Source of the DNA: a virus
Lineage: Duplodnaviria > Caudoviricetes
Reading direction: 5' to 3' (one strand)
IMG/VR virus record: IMGVR_UViG_3300021964_000073
Coordinates: 1 to 58,464 of that record
DNA: 58,464 nt
The first letter of the stretch is position 1. Every line of letters starts with the position of its first letter. Shown here in pieces: positions 1-9,026 of the stretch. The notes below the pieces were generated by a model. The model worked only from the letters and a program-made list of their open reading frames with translations, did not search any database and was not told the DNA's origin. A program made the position numbers and the translations under genes.

Positions 1-160
1 CTACAGTTTGCACTGGTGCATTCTTTTCTTTTCTATCTATACTTGGATCAACTTGTAATCCACATATAAGATATTCACATTGTTCTTTTGCTTCACGCAA
101 CATAATCAAATGTCCTGCGTGTAACAAATCAAATGTACTACAAGTAAATCCTACTTTCAT
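1..160 (-). CDS. Cytidylyltransferase, TagD-like (runs off window edge)
   Basis: Hand translation MKVGFTCSTFDLLHAGHLIMLREAKEQCEYLICGLQVDP; FDLLHAGH is the HxGH nucleotidyltransferase motif; ATGA overlap with the upstream ORF. Confidence 0.85.
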   Translation of the reverse strand, partial: MKVGFTCSTFDLLHAGHLIMLREAKEQCEYLICGLQVDPSIDRKEKNAPVQTV

Positions 161-345
161 ATATCAACCTCGTTTATTTGTATACAAACTGCTTGACTGG
201 ATAGGTTAAAGTATCCGCTTCCTTTACCAACTTGTTCACTAAGCATGTCTCGCATACGGAAACATTCTTCCATTGTTCCTGGTAAGTCAACAACCGTACT
301 AAAAGATACTCCTGCTTCTATCCATATATACACTAAGTACCACAT
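157..345 (-). CDS. Hypothetical protein
   Basis: 62-aa ORF tightly packed between polB and the cytidylyltransferase. Confidence 0.6.
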   Translation of the reverse strand: MWYLVYIWIEAGVSFSTVVDLPGTMEECFRMRDMLSEQVGKGSGYFNLSSQAVCIQINEVDI

Positions 346-347
346 AG

Positions 348-3014
348 TTATTCTCCAAACTCAAATAGACTTCCAAATGTAGTGTGTTGTTTTGTATCTT
401 CTAGTGGATAGTTAAGCACACCAATTAGGTTATCTAGTTTGTTATCAATAATAGTTTCTGCCATTGCCGCATCATCGAATGGAAGTTCTTTGAACCAATC
501 TGGAATACGCAATTCATCTGTAGGATATGCAACACTAGTATAACCTAACGGATTTTGTTTTAATTTACAAACAATAACTTTCATACCGTCAACAACTTCT
601 TGCGAGTACTTGTCACCGTTCATACGTTTAAGTGTGTTCCAGTTAATACTTGCTCTAACGTGTCCTGGCATATTTGCTTTGCCTTGCTTTTCTTCAAGAC
701 GCTGATAGTGTCCAACTTTGTTTGCACGTTTCGGACTACCTTTCTCCCAACCCGGACGTTCACTAAACTCTTTACGGAATGTTGTAATACGTTCAAGTAC
801 ATCTTCTTGCGGAACGTCAGTAAGTACCATCTCAAGTAATTCTTTTAAGAAGTCTTGCATAAACACCGGAGTGTCTGACCTACGCAAGTCTAAGCCCATT
901 GCTTTTATCTTACCATTGCTATCAATATCAGTTCTAAATCCTTCATTATCAATTACTAGTGCCGCATAACGCTTCTTAGTAATATATAAACCTGACTGTG
1001 CTACAATCTCTCTACCTGCCGCAATAACATCTGATCTGCTCTTTGGACAATGAAATGCTTGTGCCATAAACTTTGGAAATGTTTCATTAGCCGCTTCGCA
1101 TACTTGATCATACAGTGTAATTACATTTTCTTTAGTCCAAGGTAACTTTCCTGAATCAATTTGTTCTTTAAGTACAGGATATGCACTAAAGTAACAAGAG
1201 TCAGTATCACCATATATCATTGCTTCGCCAACATGATCATACGTACCTGTAATAACCTTGTTTACTTCTGCACTCATATGCTTAACAATAGTACGTCCTG
1301 TTAGCGTTGTAGACTGACCGATACGTTTATCAAAGAATCTACAGCCTGGATTAAGAATAGCACCGTATAAACTGTTCAAGTTAATCTTCTTAACTAGCTG
1401 TCTTTTATCCCAGTATTCAATCTCTGCTTCGTTGCCTGCGTCTTTAGCTTTCTTTAACATCTTCTGCATGTCTTTACGCTCTGCATACCAACGTTTTAGT
1501 AGTCCAGGAATAACACCTTCAAATTCTGTTGTAAAGATTGTACCGTTTGAACTAAGCATCCAAGGTTGATTACCATCAAAAATTAGTTTGTAAATCTCAG
1601 CACCACTTAGTGTATCTGTTTGGCCATTTTCCCAATCCACAGTTAGTGCAATATCACGCTTTTGCTCCATGACTGCTTCATATTCTTCTGTGCTAAAACG
1701 TCCTTCCCAGCTACCTGCAAATGACTTCTTCTTAAGAGTCATGTCTTCTTGTACACGCCCTTCACTTATGTCCGGACGAATTTGTCCTACAACAGTTTCA
1801 GGAGCCATATTCAACGCACGAATCACACTAGGATATAGTGAATTCAAATCCATCGAACCTACCCATTTGTGCAAGCCTTTTTTCGGAAATGCTACATATG
1901 CACCTGCCGCTTGTGTGTTTTCATCATCACGCTTCTTACGATTAGGAACTTGTAGTCCTCTGTGATGTGCTTCGTTAACAATGCCTTGTTCTGTAACTGC
2001 AACTGCACCCATAGTGGTCTGTAGGAGAACTGTGTTCTCGTGTGCAACAGTATTACTAAGATCAATAAACCTTAGTTTTTTGTCCAGCTTGTCCAGTAGT
2101 GCGGTATCTTGTATGTTGTATTCGATGAATTTTCTAAAGTCATTGTTGTACAACTGATCCAAAGTGCCTTCATAAGGGACTTTGTTCTCTCCAACTTCGA
2201 TTTCGCCAATGGCATCAAGTCTATATGTGTGTCGTTCTTCATAAGTGTATTTACGATATAATTCTAAACTATCTAAATGCACTCTGCCTATTAGGTCAAA
2301 GGTTACAGCTGATTTGCCATACTTCTCATATTCACGTTTCTTAGGAAGTTGTCCCCACAAACAAAAACGTCTTGTGTCATCTTTGCTTAGTACACGACTT
2401 GTTCTGTTTACAGTGTACGGAATATCATAACCTTCACTGTTCCAACCTGATAATATGTCTGCATCTTCAATCAGCGTTAAGAAAGTGTCAATCATTTCGC
2501 TTTCTTTTTCAAACAACATTACATTGTCAATGCCTTCTAGTTCTACTTTTGCTTGCTCCATTGTAAGTGTTTTAGGAGGTACAGCCAAACATACCATTGT
2601 TTCCATCCACTGTAAATATACAGAGATAGAAGTAATTGGCATAAAAGGATCAGCAGGATCAGCAAAGCCTCGCTCTGGATCAAAGTCTGTCTCAATATCA
2701 AAAAATGCAATGTTTAGTTTAGGAGCATCTTGGTTAAGATAGTTTTCACTTAGACATTGGAAAATAGGATTAACATCACTTTCAAACAAAGTCTTGTCAC
2801 GGTTAATTGCAACTTCTTTGCGAAAGTCTTTGGTGTTCTTACATACAATACGTGTTAGTGGATCTCCGTAAACGCTTTTGTATTTGCCTCTAGGGTCTTT
2901 ATAATAGAATGTATATTTTGCATTATATTCGTGATAATGTCTTTTTCCGTCTTTACGTTCAACAACTCTGATGATATCAGAATCGCGATCAAATAGTGCG
3001 TCTACGTAACTCAT
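348..3014 (-). CDS. Family B DNA polymerase with 3'-5' exonuclease
   Basis: Exo motifs FDIETD, GWNSEGYD, YNIQD; polymerase motifs SMDLNSLYPS, KINLNSLYG, YGDTDS, KKRY; SD GAAGGAG. Confidence 0.97.
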   Translation of the reverse strand: MSYVDALFDRDSDIIRVVERKDGKRHYHEYNAKYTFYYKDPRGKYKSVYGDPLTRIVCKNTKDFRKEVAINRDKTLFESDVNPIFQCLSENYLNQDAPKLNIAFFDIETDFDPERGFADPADPFMPITSISVYLQWMETMVCLAVPPKTLTMEQAKVELEGIDNVMLFEKESEMIDTFLTLIEDADILSGWNSEGYDIPYTVNRTSRVLSKDDTRRFCLWGQLPKKREYEKYGKSAVTFDLIGRVHLDSLELYRKYTYEERHTYRLDAIGEIEVGENKVPYEGTLDQLYNNDFRKFIEYNIQDTALLDKLDKKLRFIDLSNTVAHENTVLLQTTMGAVAVTEQGIVNEAHHRGLQVPNRKKRDDENTQAAGAYVAFPKKGLHKWVGSMDLNSLYPSVIRALNMAPETVVGQIRPDISEGRVQEDMTLKKKSFAGSWEGRFSTEEYEAVMEQKRDIALTVDWENGQTDTLSGAEIYKLIFDGNQPWMLSSNGTIFTTEFEGVIPGLLKRWYAERKDMQKMLKKAKDAGNEAEIEYWDKRQLVKKINLNSLYGAILNPGCRFFDKRIGQSTTLTGRTIVKHMSAEVNKVITGTYDHVGEAMIYGDTDSCYFSAYPVLKEQIDSGKLPWTKENVITLYDQVCEAANETFPKFMAQAFHCPKSRSDVIAAGREIVAQSGLYITKKRYAALVIDNEGFRTDIDSNGKIKAMGLDLRRSDTPVFMQDFLKELLEMVLTDVPQEDVLERITTFRKEFSERPGWEKGSPKRANKVGHYQRLEEKQGKANMPGHVRASINWNTLKRMNGDKYSQEVVDGMKVIVCKLKQNPLGYTSVAYPTDELRIPDWFKELPFDDAAMAETIIDNKLDNLIGVLNYPLEDTKQHTTFGSLFEFGE

Positions 3015-3063
3015 GTTTCTCCTTCGTTGCTTGTGGCCAACTTAACCTTCTTCATGCCTGCTT

Positions 3064-3720
3064 TTAAGCGTCTGGCGATTTGTATATAATATCATTTATG
3101 TTTCCAGCCAACACATGCCTCTTAGATGTGGTAGGATACACTTTATGATCCAGGAAACTTGGAAAAAATACAATCATTCCTGGATATGCTTGTAAATGAT
3201 ATTCTTCTACTGATTTATAATTGCCATACTTTGGTATAGCTTTTTTTACAAATGTCAATGGACTTCCGTCCGGCTCACAATCTAAATAATAAACAAAACT
3301 TGTTCTACTAATTGATCCATGATTGTGTTCATCGGCCCTGTCACCTTTTTCGTATTCTGAATACCATACTTCGGCATCCAACTCAAAATCTCTTTCTTGT
3401 TTTATTAAGCCTGGAACATCTAGTTCGTTACGAGGATGTGAAACATTTATGTTGTGCCAATCTAAAATGTCCATCATTAATTCTTCTAATATATCATGAT
3501 GATCTAAATGTGCTTTCCAACTTGTTCTCCAACCTGTTAGATTGCTTGGCTCGTAGTGAGGATTGTCTTTTCTAAACTTTTTAAAATAGTCAATTATTGT
3601 TTTATCATCTCCTAAAGAGCGACCTAAATGACCATGCTGTACTTTACACGGATAATCAATATGCAATGTTGAAACTGCATGTTGTTTTCTTAAATACTGT
3701 TCTTCTAAAGTTTTAACCAT
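3064..3720 (-). CDS. Putative 2OG-Fe(II) oxygenase
   Basis: HNH...SFVYY...IVFFPSFLDHKV...RHVLAGN pattern of the phage double-stranded beta-helix oxygenases. Confidence 0.75.
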   Translation of the reverse strand: MVKTLEEQYLRKQHAVSTLHIDYPCKVQHGHLGRSLGDDKTIIDYFKKFRKDNPHYEPSNLTGWRTSWKAHLDHHDILEELMMDILDWHNINVSHPRNELDVPGLIKQERDFELDAEVWYSEYEKGDRADEHNHGSISRTSFVYYLDCEPDGSPLTFVKKAIPKYGNYKSVEEYHLQAYPGMIVFFPSFLDHKVYPTTSKRHVLAGNINDIIYKSPDA

Positions 3721-3934
3721 AAAACAATCCTACTACATATATAACAGTTAGTCCGGCATTAAGAACAACAAGACTTTGTTCTTTCCATAAAATTCCTATT
3801 AGTACCCAAAGTCCATTACTTGCAATAAATGCATAAATGTACCATGGGTATATATTAAATGCCGCCATTGTAGCCGCAACTAATAGACATGCTGTACTAA
3901 ACCATGCTAGTGGTTGATAGGGTTTTACCACCAT
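3713..3934 (-). CDS. Small 3-TM membrane protein
   Basis: Three hydrophobic segments, YPW motif. Confidence 0.7.
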   Translation of the reverse strand: MVVKPYQPLAWFSTACLLVAATMAAFNIYPWYIYAFIASNGLWVLIGILWKEQSLVVLNAGLTVIYVVGLFYG

Positions 3935-4206
3935 AGTGCCGCAACCCCATATCCAAATACATTAATAACAGCAAAATATCCTGTTAATAACATTACCCAT
4001 GCCGCGCCTCTGCGTACAGCCGCGTAGCATTGGGTTACCGATCCTACAAAGAAGAACGGATATATAATTAGCATGTTCGGATCTCTAGCATTAAATGCCA
4101 AAGTCAAACTTGCCATAACTGTAAATACGAAACTTATTAATTCGAATCCAAAAGCAACCTTATCACTTTTGTAACTATTGATCCAAAAATCTTTTATTTT
4201 TTGCAC
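3925..4206 (-). CDS. Small 3-TM membrane protein
   Basis: Three hydrophobic segments, YPF motif; similar layout to its neighbour. Confidence 0.7.
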   Translation of the reverse strand: MQKIKDFWINSYKSDKVAFGFELISFVFTVMASLTLAFNARDPNMLIIYPFFFVGSVTQCYAAVRRGAAWVMLLTGYFAVINVFGYGVAALWW

Positions 4207-4469
4207 TACACTTTATCCTTACCAACAGTAACAACTAATGTTTCTAAGTCGTCAAACTCGTCAGCAACACGCTCCCAATCAGCTTTTTGTGCAATTTTAA
4301 TTGCCTTGTTAATAAGACTAGGCTTAATGTCTAGTTCTTCTGCTACTGCTTTTACAGTATCTTTAAGACCTGCTTGTAGATCTTCTACTTCTTGAAGTAC
4401 CGTAACACCTTCGTTAACTAGTCTTTCAAGTTTTGCTTTTTCATCAGCACCGTATGTTCGTTCACTCAT
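4206..4469 (-). CDS. dsDNA-binding protein, T4 DsbA/GapR-like
   Basis: 87-aa helical protein (EVEDLQAGLKDTVKAVAEELDIKPSLINKAIKIA); SD AGGAG; own sigma70 promoter. Confidence 0.65.
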   Translation of the reverse strand: MSERTYGADEKAKLERLVNEGVTVLQEVEDLQAGLKDTVKAVAEELDIKPSLINKAIKIAQKADWERVADEFDDLETLVVTVGKDKV

Positions 4470-4492
4470 GATATCTCCTTATTATTAAGTTA

Positions 4493-4521
4493 ATTATACA
4501 CTATTTTTTTAACAATGTCAA
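4493..4521 (-). promoter_or_regulatory. sigma70-type early promoter
   Basis: TTGACA-17 nt-TATAAT, perfect consensus. Confidence 0.85.
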
Positions 4522-4525
4522 CTGT

Positions 4526-5665
4526 TTATTTAGATTTATAGTAACAACTTGCATTGAATCCAGAGTGTACATTCACGTTTTCCTGGGTTCTGCCTCTTCT
4601 AAAGTGTTCATTACGTGGATTAATGTATATTCCGTATTCTTCTTCAACAATTTTTGTAAGATTAGTTGCATTTTGATGCATATGTGGTCTTGCATTTTTT
4701 GGACCAGTGATATGATTCTTACCTTTGTATCCTTTTTCGCTAAACTTTTCTAATGATTTGTTTCCTAGGATTGTTTTGTCAATACTTGCCTGTACACGTG
4801 GTCCTATAACAGGATCATTAAACAAATCTACACCATTAGCTCTAGCAATAATCATATAACCTAATACTGCATCTACACCAAGTGTATGGTACCAATAGTC
4901 TCTATTACCGCGCCAACTGTTATTTTCAATCCAACCGTCTTTACGGAAATGTTTTTTGATAATTTTCTTACGATATTTAATTTCTTTAGCAAACAATCGA
5001 GAATCTCTAGTCCATCGTGCATAAGCTAAGTTTCCAATACCTCCATTTGATCCAGCATAGAATCCAGTACTCCAATTATTAAATGCCTGAGGCTTAATAA
5101 ACCGTTTATGCATTTTACTAAAGTAACGATCAAACTTTACTCTTTGTTCAGGTGAAATATATTCTTCTAATATTACTGCACTTATCAATATACCTGAAAT
5201 AAATGACGTTGCAAATTCAGGATGATGATATGCACACTTACCGTTAGGTCCCTTCCAACAAGATTGTCCTGCAACATCAGACCAATTTTCCCAGTTGTAC
5301 ATTAAATTTGTATCTGCCGCTTCTTCAATAGTTTCAAGGATCATTTGTGCATAATCTTCGTCCTTATTACTTGCCGCATAGTAAGACATGTCAAGCAACC
5401 TAAGAATTCTATCACCTATATAATTCCATTTGACTGTAAGAGAATTACTGTTATATAATTCGTCTGGTTGAATACCAATAAGTTCATCGATAAAATATAT
5501 ATTATCTTCTGATAAATCAGTTATACCACACTGTTTTACTTCGTCTACAAAAAAGTCGTTTGCAAAGTTTACATGTTCTGGAGTTTTACTAAAAGTTATG
5601 CCTGCATTTGTAGTAGTATTACACGCACTTAGGATTAATATGATTGTAAATAGTAGATACTTCAT
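4526..5665 (-). CDS. Lipoprotein, alginate-lyase-like (alpha/alpha toroid polysaccharide lyase)
   Basis: Likely start MKYLLFTIILILSAC with lipobox; DGWIENNSWRG..YWYHTLG resembles the alginate lyase family; TAATG coupling to the upstream ORF. Confidence 0.6.
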   Translation of the reverse strand: MKYLLFTIILILSACNTTTNAGITFSKTPEHVNFANDFFVDEVKQCGITDLSEDNIYFIDELIGIQPDELYNSNSLTVKWNYIGDRILRLLDMSYYAASNKDEDYAQMILETIEEAADTNLMYNWENWSDVAGQSCWKGPNGKCAYHHPEFATSFISGILISAVILEEYISPEQRVKFDRYFSKMHKRFIKPQAFNNWSTGFYAGSNGGIGNLAYARWTRDSRLFAKEIKYRKKIIKKHFRKDGWIENNSWRGNRDYWYHTLGVDAVLGYMIIARANGVDLFNDPVIGPRVQASIDKTILGNKSLEKFSEKGYKGKNHITGPKNARPHMHQNATNLTKIVEEEYGIYINPRNEHFRRGRTQENVNVHSGFNASCYYKSK

Positions 5666-5757
5666 TACGCACACCCACTAACACATACCATGAATACTTC
5701 GTTACCAAATACTTTTGTAATAATCCACATGACGCCTACAATTTCTAACATTCCCAT
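5665..5757 (-). CDS. 30-aa hydrophobic peptide
   Basis: Hand translation MGMLEIVGVMWIITKVFGNEVFMVCVSGCA; stop overlaps next ATG (TAATG); lies behind a promoter. Confidence 0.5.
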   Translation of the reverse strand: MGMLEIVGVMWIITKVFGNEVFMVCVSGCA

Positions 5758-5792
5758 GATCTTGAATCTTTCATACTGTTAATAATACAACT

Positions 5793-5821
5793 ATTATACT
5801 GTATGTTTAGATGAAAGTCAA
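5793..5821 (-). promoter_or_regulatory. sigma70-type early promoter
   Basis: TTGACT-17 nt-TATAAT. Confidence 0.8.
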
Positions 5822-5836
5822 TGTGTTTTGGTAAAT

Positions 5837-6439
5837 TTATTTGATAAATGCACCGATTCTTCCATGTACGTCAGGATAGTTTCGGTAAGAATATCCAGTT
5901 GGAGGAGTGGTGTCTTCGCCTTCCCAGACTGGGATAAAATGATTGATGTTCCCGTCAAAGTCTTCATTGCGTCTTAGATGTACTTCGATAAGTTTATCAC
6001 CTATGAACTCACAGTTCATCCAAGGATGATATTGAACTAATTCATTTAGTATAGTTGGAAACATAAATTTTTTATCATCTCTGCGCCAATCAGTCCATTT
6101 GGTAAATGTATCTGCAGGCTTGTGTCCTTGTACAGATAACATTTGCTTACCTTTGAAATAATCAACACTATAATGATCACCTTCAAAGAATTCGCACCAA
6201 AAGTGACCTACTGGAAGATGCATTGTTTCTTTTTCAATCCATACTTTTTGTGTACCGAGTCCTAGTCCTAACATGTTTACACACGGTCGAACAATATACC
6301 AACCCGGAATAGATACATCTAGTCCTATTGGTCCGCAATTATATTTAAGTTTACGTGAAAGTATAAGTTTATCTAAAGCCCAAATGTGATCTGGGTCAAT
6401 ACTCTGCCAAACAAAGTCTTCTTCAGTGTCTTCCCACAC
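5837..6439 (-). CDS. ATP-grasp-like protein
   Basis: IVRP..GLGLG, EFFEGDHYSVD and NCEF..LIEVHLR follow the ATP-grasp motif order. Confidence 0.5.
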   Translation of the reverse strand: MWEDTEEDFVWQSIDPDHIWALDKLILSRKLKYNCGPIGLDVSIPGWYIVRPCVNMLGLGLGTQKVWIEKETMHLPVGHFWCEFFEGDHYSVDYFKGKQMLSVQGHKPADTFTKWTDWRRDDKKFMFPTILNELVQYHPWMNCEFIGDKLIEVHLRRNEDFDGNINHFIPVWEGEDTTPPTGYSYRNYPDVHGRIGAFIK

Positions 6440-6834
6440 TATTTGGTGTTCTTCAAAGCCTCTAATCTAGAAGCTAAAGACTCTTTGTAGGGATCTTTAA
6501 CAGTTTCATTCTTCTTCTTTTCATTTTTTGAAGCATGAACTGCTTTACGCTGTGCGTCATTTTTGTATTTGCCTTCTTTTACAGCTTCAAAGGCATTTTC
6601 GTAATCCATATGATGATAAACAGATGCCATATAGTCAGCACTTTTAGTAATTTTAGACTGGACCCATCCTTCAAGACCTTCTTGCTCACTTACACCTTTA
6701 AGCATTTCGTGAAGTTTGATAGCATACTTTGCTACTTTGTAAATTTCTGCACGAGCCATTTGTACTTCGTGATCAGCTTCTACTTTATATGCTAAATCAG
6801 CTAGACCTTTTTCAGTTAATTGTTTTTCATTCAT
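6439..6834 (-). CDS. Hypothetical late protein (possible head-associated)
   Basis: 131-aa ORF with LEGWVQSKITKSADY; TAAATA upstream. Confidence 0.65.
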   Translation of the reverse strand: MNEKQLTEKGLADLAYKVEADHEVQMARAEIYKVAKYAIKLHEMLKGVSEQEGLEGWVQSKITKSADYMASVYHHMDYENAFEAVKEGKYKNDAQRKAVHASKNEKKKNETVKDPYKESLASRLEALKNTK

Positions 6835-6855
6835 AATATCATTCCTTGTAAGTAT

Positions 6856-7200
6856 TTATCTTTTTGCTATCTTACCGCCAAAGAAACTATCATTAGCATC
6901 TAGTGCGTTTACAACAGTTCCATCTGCATTTTTCTTAGATTTTTTCTTAGGAATACCATTCTTATCACGTGGTATTTGTCCGTGTGCGTGTACTGGATTT
7001 GCTACTGTGGCAACATTGCCTGCACTAGTAGCGCCTGCTGTTGCTGTTTCATTTGTTTTAGATAAACGTTGTATTTCATGGCAATTACAATGAGCACATT
7101 CTGGCCCACAACTACATTCCATAACAGGTGCGCCACAACATGCATCTGGACACATTAGTTCACCTTTTACTTTTCTTTCAATAAGGTCTCTGATTCTCAT
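6856..7200 (-). CDS. Putative internal head protein
   Basis: N-terminus MRIRDLIE; Cys-rich block CPDACCG..CSCGPECAHCNC; ETATAGATSAGNVA. Confidence 0.55.
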   Translation of the reverse strand: MRIRDLIERKVKGELMCPDACCGAPVMECSCGPECAHCNCHEIQRLSKTNETATAGATSAGNVATVANPVHAHGQIPRDKNGIPKKKSKKNADGTVVNALDANDSFFGGKIAKR

Positions 7201-7403
7201 TTTTTCTTTCCACCTTTCATATTAGCACACCAGTGATACATTTTAGCCTTCTCACCACTGCTGTTTTTAGCTCGTTTGCGTAGTGCTGTTACACTACCAT
7301 TGCAACTAGCACCTGACTTTTTTACACGCCCTGGTCTGCTTTTGCCTTTTTTCTTACCATCAGCAAAGTTTTCTTGTATTTTTATTAATTCACGTAGTCT
7401 CAT
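7197..7403 (-). CDS. Small basic putative internal head protein
   Basis: N-terminus MRLRELIKIQE; very Lys/Arg-rich. Confidence 0.55.
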   Translation of the reverse strand: MRLRELIKIQENFADGKKKGKSRPGRVKKSGASCNGSVTALRKRAKNSSGEKAKMYHWCANMKGGKKK

Positions 7404-8811
7404 GTCGTTTTAATCCGATAATAAGTCTATATGCATTAGGATCATCACTGTATTGTTCGTCATACTGTGCATCATTATAACCGTCACCATCTTGTACATT
7501 GTAGCCAAGACGTTTTAGTTGTTTTAACATATATACTTTTTCTTTGTCTCCACCATAAAACTGTACCATGATATCTGGATCGTCTGGATTCATATCAGAT
7601 TTGTCAACATCTTTAACATTAGCCATGTTAGTGCCAAGTTTTATAAAGTCATAGTCTGCATCTGATTTAACTATTGTAGTATTTTTAGGATTAGGTATTA
7701 AGTCGCCTTCTTTAGCTATTTTATCAGTTGCAGGTTGTTGCATGTGTTGTTTTATGTTTTTAGCAGTTCTTTCAAACTTATGATCCTTGTGTTTGAATCC
7801 AACACCACCTGATGCTTCCCATTTAGAAATATTACTTCCAAAATCATCAATTAATATATTAGGTGTACCGTCTGACTGTGTAGCATACTTTTGTTTGTCT
7901 GCTGTAATAATAATATTCTTAGGTGGAAAAAAACTAAGATTCTTTTTAATCCATTCACGCTTGTGTGGCTCGGCTTTTTTATCGCCTGCTAACGGAGCAG
8001 AAAGAATAGTATAGCTACCTTTAACATCTTTAATTAAATTAAGTAAAGGTTTTGCATTAGCAGTCAGTGGCAAACTTAACCAAAAATCGTCTTTGTCTCT
8101 AATTGCTTGTAGTGCAGGTTCAATTGCTTTGCCTTTTACGTCACGCCAACCTTTGCCAATTAATTTTTGCCACTCACCAAAAAAATCAGCAAGTACACCA
8201 TCCATATCTACAAATACTTCTGAACTTTGTCCTAAATCTGTTACTGCTTCTTCTAAGTCTGATTTGTTTTTAATGTTATCAACTAATAATTTTTGGATTT
8301 GTTTTAAAAGTCTTATTAGCTCATTAGGCAATTTATTTTTTTGTATAAATGATATGTACTTGTTATAAAACATATTCAAGTCTCTAATAAACTTTTTAGG
8401 ATCTTGTCCTGCTTGAATTACTTTACCTATCTGTCTAAGTTTTTGTGCTGTTGATTTCCACTGAAATTGCCTACCAACTGATCTTTTCCATATTTCTTCG
8501 GCTCTTGCTTCTAATTCTATTGCGTGTCTAATATGTAAAGCTGGATCTTTAGATTCTGTCATTCCTAAATTAAAAAGAACATTAGTACTAGAGCCTTTTA
8601 CTTTCTTACTTAATGTTGCAGGACGTCCGTCTTTGTCTACTTTGTTGCCAAACTTTCCTGCTTCTTTTGAAATACTATTAACATCTACATCTGCTGTAGT
8701 GTTGACACCTTTTACAATACGCCCATCTTCCTCAAGTTGACGCATAACATGTCTGATACTACCGGGCTTAGGAATTTTTTTATCAATGTCTTTTAAACTG
8801 TTAAACTTCAT
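7390..8811 (-). CDS. Modular protein with HAD 5'(3')-deoxyribonucleotidase-like domain
   Basis: VFVDMDGVLADF, ILSAP, K.EW and ILIDD HAD motifs; probable start MKFNSL by ATGA coupling at 8808-8811. Confidence 0.75.
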   Translation of the reverse strand: MKFNSLKDIDKKIPKPGSIRHVMRQLEEDGRIVKGVNTTADVDVNSISKEAGKFGNKVDKDGRPATLSKKVKGSSTNVLFNLGMTESKDPALHIRHAIELEARAEEIWKRSVGRQFQWKSTAQKLRQIGKVIQAGQDPKKFIRDLNMFYNKYISFIQKNKLPNELIRLLKQIQKLLVDNIKNKSDLEEAVTDLGQSSEVFVDMDGVLADFFGEWQKLIGKGWRDVKGKAIEPALQAIRDKDDFWLSLPLTANAKPLLNLIKDVKGSYTILSAPLAGDKKAEPHKREWIKKNLSFFPPKNIIITADKQKYATQSDGTPNILIDDFGSNISKWEASGGVGFKHKDHKFERTAKNIKQHMQQPATDKIAKEGDLIPNPKNTTIVKSDADYDFIKLGTNMANVKDVDKSDMNPDDPDIMVQFYGGDKEKVYMLKQLKRLGYNVQDGDGYNDAQYDEQYSDDPNAYRLIIGLKRHETT

Positions 8812-9026
8812 TTCTTTTTGCGTCCTCGAAATTGAACTTGCCCTGTCATATAAGGTTTGCTGAACCAAAGTTTAAACCAATCTGCGTCACCTGGCTTTAG
8901 TCCAAGTTTCTTTTCTTTATCTTTTATTTTTGCCGCGGTAATACTAGGATTTTCATCTATTTGGTATTCTGAATATCCTTGGAATTCGTTTATACCTGCA
9001 AGTCTTTTGAGTGTTGCAATATCCAT
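8808..9026 (-). CDS. Hypothetical protein
   Basis: MDIATLKRLAGINE; KPGDADWFKLWF. Confidence 0.6.
   Translation of the reverse strand: MDIATLKRLAGINEFQGYSEYQIDENPSITAAKIKDKEKKLGLKPGDADWFKLWFSKPYMTGQVQFRGRKKK

Noticed and set aside
348-3014. Intein or intron in polB (also checked clpA, ligase, subtilase)
   Set aside because: Motif spacing is normal in polB, clpA and the ligase; no C...HN splice ends or homing-endonuclease motifs are visible in any of them.
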